DNA of 36,771 nt. Source: a virus. Its lineage: Duplodnaviria > Caudoviricetes. Shown here in pieces: positions 19,591 to 29,411 of this stretch. The notes beneath the pieces are model-generated. The model had not been told where the DNA came from, did no database searches, and saw only the letters and a list, made by a program, of their open reading frames with translations. A program made the position numbers and the translations under genes. The first letter of the stretch is position 1, and the number at the start of each line of letters is the position of its first letter. The stretch spans positions 1-36,771 of the IMG/VR virus record IMGVR_UViG_3300027956_000024, one strand, 5' to 3'.

Positions 19591-22500
19591 ATGGCTACGC
19601 CGCCGCGCACCAGCAGCCCCCTCGCCGTCCCTGGGTTCACCGCTCCTGCGGGAGAGGCTCCCAGCGAGGTGTGGCGCGAGGCTCGGGAGAGGCTTGAGGC
19701 CGACCAGAGGCAGGTCGATCAGCAGCGCAGCAAGCGAGCGGCGGAGAAGGCCGCGGCCGTCGCCGCCGTGCCGGTCCCGCCCCCCGCAGCGACCGACAGC
19801 GCGCCGACCGAGGACGACGAGGACGACGGAGACATCGCCGACGACGCCGCGGAGAACACCCAGGCGTACCTCGACCGCTACCTCGCGCCGGTGCGCGCCG
19901 CCGCGCCAGGGATGACCGACGCCTGGGTGGCGGCGAACAGGCGAGACCTCCCGCAGCCCATCGTCAACTTGACCCCAGAGCAGATCGGAGAGGAGCGCGC
20001 CGCCGCCGCCACCGCCTTCGACTTCTACCGCTCGGCGTACGACGCGGTCGACGGCGACACGGAGAAGCTCCGCGCGCAGATTTTGTCCAAGAGCGCCCCT
20101 GGCATCGACGCCCTCGCTGGAGACAAGAAGGCGTTCGAGGCCCTGGTGGACTTGGCGGATCAGGAGACCAAGCCCTACTCCTGGTTCACCCGCGCCGCCG
20201 GCACGTTCGGGGACGCAGACTTCGAGGAGAGCGCCGCGCGAACCAAGGAGGAGTTCACCGCCGGCCGCGCCGCTCGCGCAGTGACGCTGGGTCCGAAGCA
20301 GCGGCGGTTCAAGGAGTTGACCACGGTCTTCACTCCGGGAGCCCTGCCCGAGATCGACATCACGGACACGCAGGCGGAGTTGATCGAGGACTATCGCGTC
20401 AAGTACGCGACCGACGCGCAACTTGATGGCCGGGAACTGACCGCGGACGACTGGCGAGAGATTGAAGGGAAGGCCATCGACTCGGCCACGCAGGACATTC
20501 GCCACGCTATGTCCTCTATCGGCCGCCCGATTGTCTTCTCGATGGGAGCGTCGAAGACCCCGCTGGAGATGCAGATCGAGAACGACCGTGCGACTGGCAT
20601 AGACCGTGTGCTGGATAGTACGGGCGCCTCCATCATGGAGGCCAAACTCCGGTGGAAGAAGGCGGAGTTGCCGACCGAGGCAGGTAGTGTGGACTCCGCA
20701 CTGATCCAAGGAGGCAACGCCGCGGGCCTGCTCGGGCAACTCCTGATGGCCATCGACCCGACGGAGATCGTAGGCACCTCTTTGGACGTGGCCGCCAAGG
20801 AGTACCGGCGCAGCCTCGCCGCGGCGGAAGAAGACGGCGAAGTGGCCGACAGTGGGGACGTCCTGCTGAGCGCCGCCAAGGGCGCCGTCGCTGGCGGCTA
20901 CGCCAACGCGCTGCAGATGTTCCCGCTCTTCCCATACGACGAGGCCCTGGCCGCTGCCGGCGCGGCTGGCGTAGTGCCGGAGGCAGCCAACGAGTGGCGC
21001 GAGCAAGTGGTGCGGGACACCATCATCTCGAGTGGCGACAACGAGGACTACTTCGACACCGTCACGGACGCACTGCCGACCTTCACGGCTGCCGGATGGC
21101 GAGCGGCCACGGGCGAAGAGAACACCGCCGCGATGAAGAAGTGGTTCTTGGAGAACCAGTTCGCCGCAAAGTCGGCGTTGATGCTGGTCGCAATCAAGAC
21201 CCCGATGCTCCCCGTCACCAGCGCCCTCGGCCCCGTCGGGGACCTCGTGACCGGCGCGGCTCGCGCTCGGCGCATCCCCACGGACATCGCCACGACGATC
21301 GAGCAAGGCATTGAGGCGGGCCTGGACGCCACGACGGTTGCGCGGAACGTGGACAACGCCTACGGCGTAGGCCCCGGCGGGGCAGTGCAGGCCGTTGCAA
21401 TCTCGGCCGCAGCCAACGCCGCCGAGCGGGACGTAGACCTGCTCACCCGAGAGGTGAGCCAGATCGTCTCTCGGGTGCAGGGGCCGGTGGATGCTGCCCG
21501 CGTCGCGAGCGAGGAAGCTGCGGCGGCTGCGGCCCGCGCGGCGCGCACGACCGCCGTGGAGGGCAGCCTCACCGCCGCGAAGTTGGACGACGCAGCGGTC
21601 GCGCCCATCCGCAGCGACCTCGACACGGAGGAGCTCCGCCGGCTGATCGACCCCCAGGCGGACCCGACGCAGCCCTCGAAGATGGCAGACGCCATCTCCG
21701 ACTGGGCGGCGGCCGTCGCCGGCCCTCAGCGCACCAGCGACGACCTGCTGCAGACCACGGACCTGATGGACAAGGCCCTGGCGCACACGGCCAAGGTGCG
21801 GGAGGCAGTCTACGACGTGGCCCGCGGCGCCCAGAGCCAACTCGATGCCGCCGAGGCCAGCCTGACGCCCACGGTCATCGCCTCCATCACGGACATCACG
21901 CGCGCCGAGAAGGCCCTGGCACGGGCCATGACGCGCCTCTCGGACCTCCGCACGACCGTGACCGGCGCCGACGACATCCTTGACGGGGTGATCTCGCTCG
22001 CGCGGGCGAAGAAGAACGAGGCCGCCCTTCGGCTGCGACTCAAGCGAGTTCGGGAGGGTGGAGGCAACCTCTACGAGTCCCGCTCGCGGAGCGCCGTAGA
22101 GGCAGAGATCGCGGCCCTGGAAGGCAACACCACGAAGACCCGGCAGGAATACGCCTACTTGGCGCACCTCAAGTCTCGCGTGGCCGCAACGCCCCAGGGG
22201 GCTGCGGACATCCGGCTATTCTCTACGGACGCCCACGTCGTGATGGGCATGATCCGCAACAACCGGAAGCACATCGAGCGCGGGCAGGCTGCGCTGGAGG
22301 CCCTCAAGACGAAGAACCCCAAGGCGTACGCAACCGCCGAGGGGATCATCAGTGACATGCAGGCCCCGGCCCGCGTCCTGAGCGACACAGACAAACTGGC
22401 CGCGGCGGCGAATGGCAAACTGCTCCAGCGGCAGGCGGCGAACCTCCGCAAGCAGCAGGGCAATCTCATCAACGTGGTGAAGAAGCTCGACGCCGTCGAT

Positions 22501-25500
22501 GCCCACATCGCCTTGAAGACGCGGGCAAAGTACCCGACATCTGTTCGGCCGCTCAAGGCATTGAAGGGTTCCGCGGTCAACGAGATCGAGTTGCGCCGCG
22601 CCGAGGCGCTCCGCCGCGCGAACGCCATCGCCCGCCGCCGAGCCATCAACGCCGCAGGCACCGACCAGCAGGCGCGCGTCGCTGCCGAGGCCGCCTGGAA
22701 CGCACAGACGAAGGAGGTGCAGAAGGCCAGCCGCGCCGCCGTCAGCGCCGCCCGGACGGCGGCGGCGAGCCGCCTTGTCGTTCGGCAGCGGGAAGCCCTC
22801 GTGGAGTTCGCGGCGGCCCTCCGCCGAGGCGCCGCCGAGACCGCGCGCCGGAAGATCAACACCCGGTCCATGACCTACCGCACGGGCCTCCCCGACCGAG
22901 ACCTGCGGATCATCGACCACGCCAAGGATGAGCTCACCCGCCGGTTGGGCGCCTCCGACGTTTTCGGCAACGCTGTCGGCACCAAGCAGGAGTACATCGA
23001 CCACGTCGTCGCTTCGGTGCTGCGCGTGGCCGACGACATCGGCAAGGACCTCGACCCGGACGACCTGCGGCGCGTCATCGACGAGGTGTCTCCCGCCACG
23101 GTGGTCGACTTCGCTACGCTGGGGACGGCCGCGGGCCGCCGCGCTGCGCTGGAGAACCTCACGCGCTCGCTGGCAGAGATCCAGCACGCCGGGTTCAGCG
23201 CCGTCGGCGACGTGAAGATGGAGCACCTCCACCAAGCGGTCACCGAGGCCGTTGGCGTCGCGCTACAGACCCGTCGCGCCGAGCGGGACGTCTTCGCTGC
23301 GCTGACGATGCAGCAGTCGGCGTGGGCTCGGCAGGGGTTCCGCTACGCGCTCTACAAAATGATGACCCCCCGCGCAGGGTTCATCGGAGAAGGCAGCGAT
23401 CAGGCGTGGCGCGTCTACCAGCACGCAGATCAGGTCTCTGCTGGCCTCCAGGCGTGGCTGGTAGTGCAGAGCCAGCGCGCCATTGACGACCTGATGAAGA
23501 CCGGCGGACAGTACACCCGGAAAGAGTTGGCCGATCGACTCCTTACTACGCTCTCCGAGGCGTTTGCTACGGTCGGGGACAAGGCCCGGCTGGGTCTCCC
23601 GGTCGACACGCTCTCTCCTTTCCAGGTAGCCAAGCGGTTCTTGATGGAGCGGTCGCCCTCCGCGCACGCATCTACGGTCACTCCGACCGGAGGGGCCGTT
23701 CGAGACACCACGAAGGTGGCCGAAGTAGTAGAGGCCGTACGAGCGGCGAAGACCGCCCAGGAGAAGGCCGTTCGGGCGCACGCTGGCAACCAAGTAGTGG
23801 ATGGGCGCCGCGCCCGTAGCGTGACCATCGACGCGGAGATCCTGGCCCGCAAGCAGGCGGAGTTGGATGCACGCAACGCGGAGGCCGCAGGGAACGCGAC
23901 CCAGGCCGCGGAGGCCCGCGCACGCAAGGCGGAGTTGGAGGCCGATAGTGTCGCTGCGGAGAAGACGCTCAGCACCCTCCCGCAGGACATCATCGACGAC
24001 GCCGTCCGGGTTGAGGAGGAGGCGCTCGCGAAGTTGAACGCCGAGAAGGCAGCGACGAAGGCGAAGCTCGCGCAGGCCGACAAGGACGTCAAGGCCGCTG
24101 AGCAGGCCGGGGCGCCCAAGAGGACCCCTGCTGACCGGGCCAAGAGCGCCGCGGAGATCAAGGAACTCGAGCGGCAGTTGACGCCCGAGAAGATCGCGGA
24201 GCGGCAGGCGCAGGCGCAGGCCATGTGGGAGGCGACGAAGGCCCGCAAGGCCGGCAAGTTGTTCGAGGGCAAGCAGGCCCCAGCCCCGAAGGAGGTCAAG
24301 GACTATGTGACGCAGCGCCTTGCTGAGGGCGCAGACCCGGCCACGGTGCTGTACGAGGCCGCGCAGTTGCCTGGGGTCCGCTGGGCCGCCAGCACGTACG
24401 TGCGCCGCATGTTCCACCCCGACGTAAGCCTCATGTCGAATGGCGGCCTCGCCAGTCAGCACCTCGACACGCTACGTCAGGCGCTCAAGAACCTGGAGAA
24501 CTTCGAGGCGGACGAGGCGTGGAAGACCTCCGTTGGCCGGCGCCGAGAGACGGGCAACATCAAGCCCACGGCAGATGAGCCCTGGCGCTTCTCTGACGCG
24601 GAGACCGTCAACAGTGCCCGACGGATGCAGGCCATCGAGGCAGCAAGTCTGGAGTTCCAGGACGCACTGAACGCCCCGCAGAATATCAAAGAGGCGCGGA
24701 TCGTTATTCGCAACCTCATCAAGCGAGGCGAGAAGTACCAGAAGGACACGCAGGAGCGCATCACCCAGGGGCTGGCCCAGATTATCGAGGTTCAGGGGCA
24801 GGCGGCCAAGACGTCCGATGCCTTCCTGGACTCGGACATCTTCAAGGCGTTCGAGCAGCAACTCGTCAAAGAGCGGGCCGCCGTACTGGCGAAGAAGGCG
24901 GAGCTCGCCGCCGAGGTCGGAGGAAACAAGGCAGGGGCAGCGGCGGCGCAAGCTGTGCGCGCTCAACTCACGGCAGACCAGAAGGCGCTGTTGGGCAGGA
25001 TCACTTCGCAGACCGCGAAGGTGAAGGCCGCCAAGGCCGGGAAGGTCGCCACGCCGGCCGCAGCCGACTACATCCGCAGCGTGAAAGACAAGATCGCGAC
25101 GATCGACGACGACATCAAGAGCATCAACGCGCAGATCGGTACGTTCGATCGCTTCTCCAGCGTCGATGTTGCCACGCTGGAGGCGGAGATCCTTCGCCTG
25201 AGCAAGTCCTTGAAGGATAAGCAGGACGCGGCGCAGATCGCCAGCCAGCGGTCTGCGGCATCCCGCAAAGCCCTGGAGGATGCGACGACCACGCTGCGGG
25301 CGAAGCAGGGAGAGTTGACGCAGATCGAGAACGCCGCGGCGAGCCTCACCCGCTCGGACCTTGTGGGCGCCATCAACGAGGGGGCGCTTGATGAGAAGAC
25401 CATGACGATCTTCGACAAGATCGTTCTGAACATGGGGCGCTCGGTGTTCCGCGGTATGCAGGCCACAGGGCTCGACGAGGACACGCTCAACCGGATCTTG

Positions 25501-28104
25501 TATACGGTGGCTCGCGACGCGCTCGCAAAGAGCGATGACTTCAAGACGCTCCACGAGCGGATCAAGAAGGGGCTGCTGGGTCGACTGCCAGGGCAGTTGC
25601 GAATCATCGACGACCGCGCCCCTCGTACTGCGACGGCCCTCTCCGCCGCGCTCATGCAGGCCGTCACCGCAGAGTACACCACGCAGTATGCGCTGAGGGA
25701 GGGGCTCGCCATTGTGCAGAAGACGGAGGCGATGGGGTTCAACGCACTCCTCAGCCGACCCATCGCAAACTCGATGAACAACTCCACGACTGTTATTCGG
25801 GACATGTACTCGACGCTTGAGCAGGTACTCCGCACGGGCGCTCGCCTCGGGCGAGTCAACGAGGGCCGCTCGACCCTGCCCATCTTTGATCGCCGCGGGG
25901 ACGTCAGCCTGGAGTTGGTAGAGGCCGCCAAGTTGCCCGGCTTCAACGGTGGCGTCTGGCTGCCGGAGAGCGTGCTGCGTACGGCACTGGAGGATCTCGA
26001 AGCCTACGCGCGGCAGATGGATGTCCTCAGCGCGACTGCCCCGGCGGAGATTGGTAGCTGGATTGCGGACAAGGCCAAGGACCTGTTCTCTATATGGCGG
26101 ACCTCGAAGTTGGTGGGCTACGGCATCAACTTCGGCACGTACCGCACCCGAGCCGTGACTGGCGACATCGCGTCTACTTACATGGTCTTTGGGGCAAAAG
26201 AGGCGGCGAAGGTGGCGGCGATGTCCACGGCCAACGTCCTGCCCTTTGTGCGTGAGGGCGCCATTGACAAGCTCGGCGCCCTGGGCACGCTGTCCAACAA
26301 GGCGGTTGCCTCCTTGGCCGCTACCACAGCCGCGTGGCGCAACGGAACGGTCGCATCCAAACTGCTCTCTCCGGGGACGTGGCAGTACCTTCCCCGGCGG
26401 GTGAGCGCCGCGATCCTGGACAGCGTGGCAGAGGTTCCGAAGGCTCTTGCCGGGATCACCAGCCCTCACGTCGGGCGGATGCTCCGTGGAGAGATGGACG
26501 AGGTGCTCCGCCTGGGCGACACGGAGCAGACCGTAGAGCAGTGGTGGAACGAGGCCCGGCGTGAGGGCATCCTCGACAACAACGTCGAGATCAACCTCCG
26601 CACCGCCCTCCGTAGAGGCAGCGAGATGTGGGCGGAGGTCACGAGCCGCCGACACTCCTGGGCCGCGGTGGAGTTGGAATACTTCAAGCAGAAGAAGGGC
26701 AACCCCTCCGTGACGCGGGAGTCCGTTCGGCAGTCGATGGAGGCGTCCGAGAGCGTCAAGACCGTCGCGCGGACCACGCGGATCAAGCACGCGCTCCTAC
26801 GGCACCAAGAGACGCTGGAGAAGACGGAGGCTCAGGTCCACGTCACCACGCGCATCACGCTCTACACCAGTCTCCGCAAGCAGGGACTCACGGCCAAAGA
26901 GGCCGCCGACGGGGTGAAGGCTGCCATCTATGATTGGAACTACGGCGCCAACCGCGCTGTGCTGAACATGTTGTCCTTCGTCCCGTTCGGCCGATTCCAT
27001 GTTCTCCGCAAGCAGCAGGGCGTGGACATGTTGAACATGGCCAGCGACACCAGTCCGTGGCGGAAGATGGGCGGAGGCGCCATCGCTCCTCTCCGGCGCG
27101 CCGCCCTGCTGGAGCGGTACATGGCCAGCAGCACGCAGTCGGAGATCCCCAGCGAGGAGGAGTTGGACATCCACCTCGCAGATGCCCGCGCCTACGGCGC
27201 CAACATGGCCGACGAGTGGGGGATGACGCCCCAAGAGGCCGCAGTCGCCGCCGAGCAGGAGACGCTCTCCTTCTTGATCAGCGCGTGGTGGGCGCGCGCC
27301 CACTCCCCAGACTACCTCTCGAACCGCCAATACTTCTACGACATGATCCCTGCGGAGCAGCAGGAAGCCTTCAAGAAGGCGTACGGGTCCGACCCCAGCA
27401 CCACGTTGGCCATGACCAGCCGGATGCCGCAGCTTAGCGTGTGGGATGCCTTCGAGGTCATCAGCACGGGCGCAGCCCTGGCGGAAGTTACTTTCGCCAC
27501 CTTGAACGGGGAGGACGTAGTGGCGGCGAACGCCATGAGCAAACTCACGAAGCCGTGGATTGACCTACTGCCCGATCCTGCCAAAGCCATTCTGGCTGTA
27601 TTCGCTGGTAAGGCCGGGGCTGAGATGGACGCCATCGAGCAGGGAAGGCACACGCCGCAGATGTTGGCAGCGGCTACGCCCGCTGAGGCCGATATTATGA
27701 ACGCTCTGGGGTACGCCCCGGTGACCTTCGGCCTGTCGGATTCGCCCATTCGTTCGTTGCTGACGACTACCAAAGAGGGCGATGCGCGCCCCCGCGCCGG
27801 TGGGATGTGGTCCAAGTCCTTGCTCGCCGCTATTCGACTGGACCCTGTAATCAGCCCTGCGTTGACCAAGACGATCAACGCCTCTGCCTACAAGAACCCG
27901 CAGTACGGGAAGGACTGGGATGCAGTTCGGGCTGCTTACACGTTCTCGAACTTGGTCGGCGCCACATCCTACGGCGTCACTGATCCCCTTCGAGAGGCGA
28001 CCTTCGACGTCCGGGATGTGAAGGCGGCCCTTACGAAGAAGAAGCAAACTGCAAGTGGCGCTTCTCGACAGGGGGCGCGGGCTGCAGAGGAGCAGGAGCC
28101 TTGA
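19591..28104 (+). CDS. Giant internal virion / ejection protein (~2837 aa)
   Basis: Uninterrupted 8.5-kb ORF, Ala-rich coiled coils; C-terminal A-x-x-V-x-x-x-IYDW...FVPF segment resembles large podovirus internal proteins; ATG 19591 with GGAG upstream. Confidence 0.7.
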   Translation: MATPPRTSSPLAVPGFTAPAGEAPSEVWREARERLEADQRQVDQQRSKRAAEKAAAVAAVPVPPPAATDSAPTEDDEDDGDIADDAAENTQAYLDRYLAPVRAAAPGMTDAWVAANRRDLPQPIVNLTPEQIGEERAAAATAFDFYRSAYDAVDGDTEKLRAQILSKSAPGIDALAGDKKAFEALVDLADQETKPYSWFTRAAGTFGDADFEESAARTKEEFTAGRAARAVTLGPKQRRFKELTTVFTPGALPEIDITDTQAELIEDYRVKYATDAQLDGRELTADDWREIEGKAIDSATQDIRHAMSSIGRPIVFSMGASKTPLEMQIENDRATGIDRVLDSTGASIMEAKLRWKKAELPTEAGSVDSALIQGGNAAGLLGQLLMAIDPTEIVGTSLDVAAKEYRRSLAAAEEDGEVADSGDVLLSAAKGAVAGGYANALQMFPLFPYDEALAAAGAAGVVPEAANEWREQVVRDTIISSGDNEDYFDTVTDALPTFTAAGWRAATGEENTAAMKKWFLENQFAAKSALMLVAIKTPMLPVTSALGPVGDLVTGAARARRIPTDIATTIEQGIEAGLDATTVARNVDNAYGVGPGGAVQAVAISAAANAAERDVDLLTREVSQIVSRVQGPVDAARVASEEAAAAAARAARTTAVEGSLTAAKLDDAAVAPIRSDLDTEELRRLIDPQADPTQPSKMADAISDWAAAVAGPQRTSDDLLQTTDLMDKALAHTAKVREAVYDVARGAQSQLDAAEASLTPTVIASITDITRAEKALARAMTRLSDLRTTVTGADDILDGVISLARAKKNEAALRLRLKRVREGGGNLYESRSRSAVEAEIAALEGNTTKTRQEYAYLAHLKSRVAATPQGAADIRLFSTDAHVVMGMIRNNRKHIERGQAALEALKTKNPKAYATAEGIISDMQAPARVLSDTDKLAAAANGKLLQRQAANLRKQQGNLINVVKKLDAVDAHIALKTRAKYPTSVRPLKALKGSAVNEIELRRAEALRRANAIARRRAINAAGTDQQARVAAEAAWNAQTKEVQKASRAAVSAARTAAASRLVVRQREALVEFAAALRRGAAETARRKINTRSMTYRTGLPDRDLRIIDHAKDELTRRLGASDVFGNAVGTKQEYIDHVVASVLRVADDIGKDLDPDDLRRVIDEVSPATVVDFATLGTAAGRRAALENLTRSLAEIQHAGFSAVGDVKMEHLHQAVTEAVGVALQTRRAERDVFAALTMQQSAWARQGFRYALYKMMTPRAGFIGEGSDQAWRVYQHADQVSAGLQAWLVVQSQRAIDDLMKTGGQYTRKELADRLLTTLSEAFATVGDKARLGLPVDTLSPFQVAKRFLMERSPSAHASTVTPTGGAVRDTTKVAEVVEAVRAAKTAQEKAVRAHAGNQVVDGRRARSVTIDAEILARKQAELDARNAEAAGNATQAAEARARKAELEADSVAAEKTLSTLPQDIIDDAVRVEEEALAKLNAEKAATKAKLAQADKDVKAAEQAGAPKRTPADRAKSAAEIKELERQLTPEKIAERQAQAQAMWEATKARKAGKLFEGKQAPAPKEVKDYVTQRLAEGADPATVLYEAAQLPGVRWAASTYVRRMFHPDVSLMSNGGLASQHLDTLRQALKNLENFEADEAWKTSVGRRRETGNIKPTADEPWRFSDAETVNSARRMQAIEAASLEFQDALNAPQNIKEARIVIRNLIKRGEKYQKDTQERITQGLAQIIEVQGQAAKTSDAFLDSDIFKAFEQQLVKERAAVLAKKAELAAEVGGNKAGAAAAQAVRAQLTADQKALLGRITSQTAKVKAAKAGKVATPAAADYIRSVKDKIATIDDDIKSINAQIGTFDRFSSVDVATLEAEILRLSKSLKDKQDAAQIASQRSAASRKALEDATTTLRAKQGELTQIENAAASLTRSDLVGAINEGALDEKTMTIFDKIVLNMGRSVFRGMQATGLDEDTLNRILYTVARDALAKSDDFKTLHERIKKGLLGRLPGQLRIIDDRAPRTATALSAALMQAVTAEYTTQYALREGLAIVQKTEAMGFNALLSRPIANSMNNSTTVIRDMYSTLEQVLRTGARLGRVNEGRSTLPIFDRRGDVSLELVEAAKLPGFNGGVWLPESVLRTALEDLEAYARQMDVLSATAPAEIGSWIADKAKDLFSIWRTSKLVGYGINFGTYRTRAVTGDIASTYMVFGAKEAAKVAAMSTANVLPFVREGAIDKLGALGTLSNKAVASLAATTAAWRNGTVASKLLSPGTWQYLPRRVSAAILDSVAEVPKALAGITSPHVGRMLRGEMDEVLRLGDTEQTVEQWWNEARREGILDNNVEINLRTALRRGSEMWAEVTSRRHSWAAVELEYFKQKKGNPSVTRESVRQSMEASESVKTVARTTRIKHALLRHQETLEKTEAQVHVTTRITLYTSLRKQGLTAKEAADGVKAAIYDWNYGANRAVLNMLSFVPFGRFHVLRKQQGVDMLNMASDTSPWRKMGGGAIAPLRRAALLERYMASSTQSEIPSEEELDIHLADARAYGANMADEWGMTPQEAAVAAEQETLSFLISAWWARAHSPDYLSNRQYFYDMIPAEQQEAFKKAYGSDPSTTLAMTSRMPQLSVWDAFEVISTGAALAEVTFATLNGEDVVAANAMSKLTKPWIDLLPDPAKAILAVFAGKAGAEMDAIEQGRHTPQMLAAATPAEADIMNALGYAPVTFGLSDSPIRSLLTTTKEGDARPRAGGMWSKSLLAAIRLDPVISPALTKTINASAYKNPQYGKDWDAVRAAYTFSNLVGATSYGVTDPLREATFDVRDVKAALTKKKQTASGASRQGARAAEEQEP

Positions 28105-28129
28105 CAGTGGCCTGACATCCCGTTAGGCT
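28101..28129 (+). promoter_or_regulatory. Sigma70-type promoter
   Basis: TTGACA-17 nt-TAGGCT upstream of 28152. Confidence 0.65.
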
Positions 28130-28151
28130 ACACACCACCACGGAGATTCCC

Positions 28152-28940
28152 ATGCCCGCTATGTTCCGCCCCGCACCCCTCACGATGCTGACCGAGGGGA
28201 TCAACCTCTCCCACGGGCTCCCCCACCGCCTGCGCGGCTACGTTCGGAAGCTCGGCTCGGGCGCCAAGGCCATCCCGCGCGGCACCATCCTGGTGCTGAC
28301 CGGCGTCCAGGAGGGCAAGCACCAGGAGCTCCTGTTCAAGCCGGCCTCTGCCGCGACCTCCGCCGGCCACTCGAACCCGCTCTACGTCGCGGGCGAGTAC
28401 ATCGCGAAGGAGTACGTGGACGCCGCCGACAAGGACCGGCAGATCTACCGGAACGTCGTCGACAAGATCGTCATCGACTTCGACACCACGGGCGCCAACG
28501 CCGGTGACTACGTCTACCTCACCGACGCGCAGGCCACGGGTGGCCTGAACATCAGCCTGACGCCCGGGACCTCCGAGGTCGCGGTCGGCATCGTGGTCGT
28601 CGAGGACACCACGGATGGCAAGGTGCTGATCGCCCCCGCGATGATTGGCGCCAAGGTGGCCCATCTGGCGGAGATCAACGCGGTCCCTGACCTGCACGGC
28701 ACGATGGCCGCGACCAACACGGAGACCTACGCCGAGGTCACCGCGGGCGCGCTGTACGACGGAGGCACGCTGATCTGGTCGCTCAAGAGCCTCGCAGGGG
28801 GCGCTACGAGCAAGGCCACGGACTGGGTGCAGGTCGGGACCGGCGCCGGCACCAAGTTCCGCATCAACCTCGATGCCGCTCCCACGGGTGTCGGGAAGAC
28901 CGTCACCTTCTCGTACGTCATCAAGCCCCCCGCCGCGTAA
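28152..28940 (+). CDS. Virion structural protein, cement/capsid-fibre-like
   Basis: DTTGANAGDYVYL...VAVGIVV pattern like cement folds; strong codon bias. Confidence 0.55.
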   Translation: MPAMFRPAPLTMLTEGINLSHGLPHRLRGYVRKLGSGAKAIPRGTILVLTGVQEGKHQELLFKPASAATSAGHSNPLYVAGEYIAKEYVDAADKDRQIYRNVVDKIVIDFDTTGANAGDYVYLTDAQATGGLNISLTPGTSEVAVGIVVVEDTTDGKVLIAPAMIGAKVAHLAEINAVPDLHGTMAATNTETYAEVTAGALYDGGTLIWSLKSLAGGATSKATDWVQVGTGAGTKFRINLDAAPTGVGKTVTFSYVIKPPAA

Positions 28941-28952
28941 TAGGAGCCTTCG

Positions 28953-29411
28953 ATGCACAGCTTCGTGTTGCATAGCCGACGGGTGGCTGTGACTTTTGCA
29001 GGCAGCACGGCCAAGAAGGCGGCCGTGCCCATCTACGCTGACCCGGGTGGCGCTCGGGTCATGCAGTTGCGGGTCGTCCCCACCAGCCTGACCGGGTCGA
29101 GCCAGACGTACAGCGCCTGGGTGGCCCACTTGGCCGCGGCGGAGATCGGGGACCCCGACACCATCTTCGCGGACATCGACCGCACGATTGTGTCGGGGGC
29201 GACGCACACCCCCGCAGAGCAGGTCTTCAAGGCGGCGGGCGAAGACGACTTCTACGTCTTCGTCCCCTCCGTCTCCGACACCACCAACCACGCCTTCTAC
29301 GTCATCATCGAGTTGGACACCCTCGCGGCGGCCGACTTCGTGGTGGAGGTCGTGTATGGCGCCGTCGGGTCCTACACGCAGACCAAGCGATCCACGCTGT
29401 CGGTGACCTGA
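28953..29411 (+). CDS. Hypothetical beta-rich virion protein
   Basis: AGGAG RBS; 152 aa; TGATG coupling to the next gene. Confidence 0.7.
   Translation: MHSFVLHSRRVAVTFAGSTAKKAAVPIYADPGGARVMQLRVVPTSLTGSSQTYSAWVAHLAAAEIGDPDTIFADIDRTIVSGATHTPAEQVFKAAGEDDFYVFVPSVSDTTNHAFYVIIELDTLAAADFVVEVVYGAVGSYTQTKRSTLSVT

Noticed and set aside
19591-28104. N4-like virion RNA polymerase
   Set aside because: The size is suggestive, but no polymerase catalytic motifs were found and the sequence is dominated by Ala-rich coiled coil.
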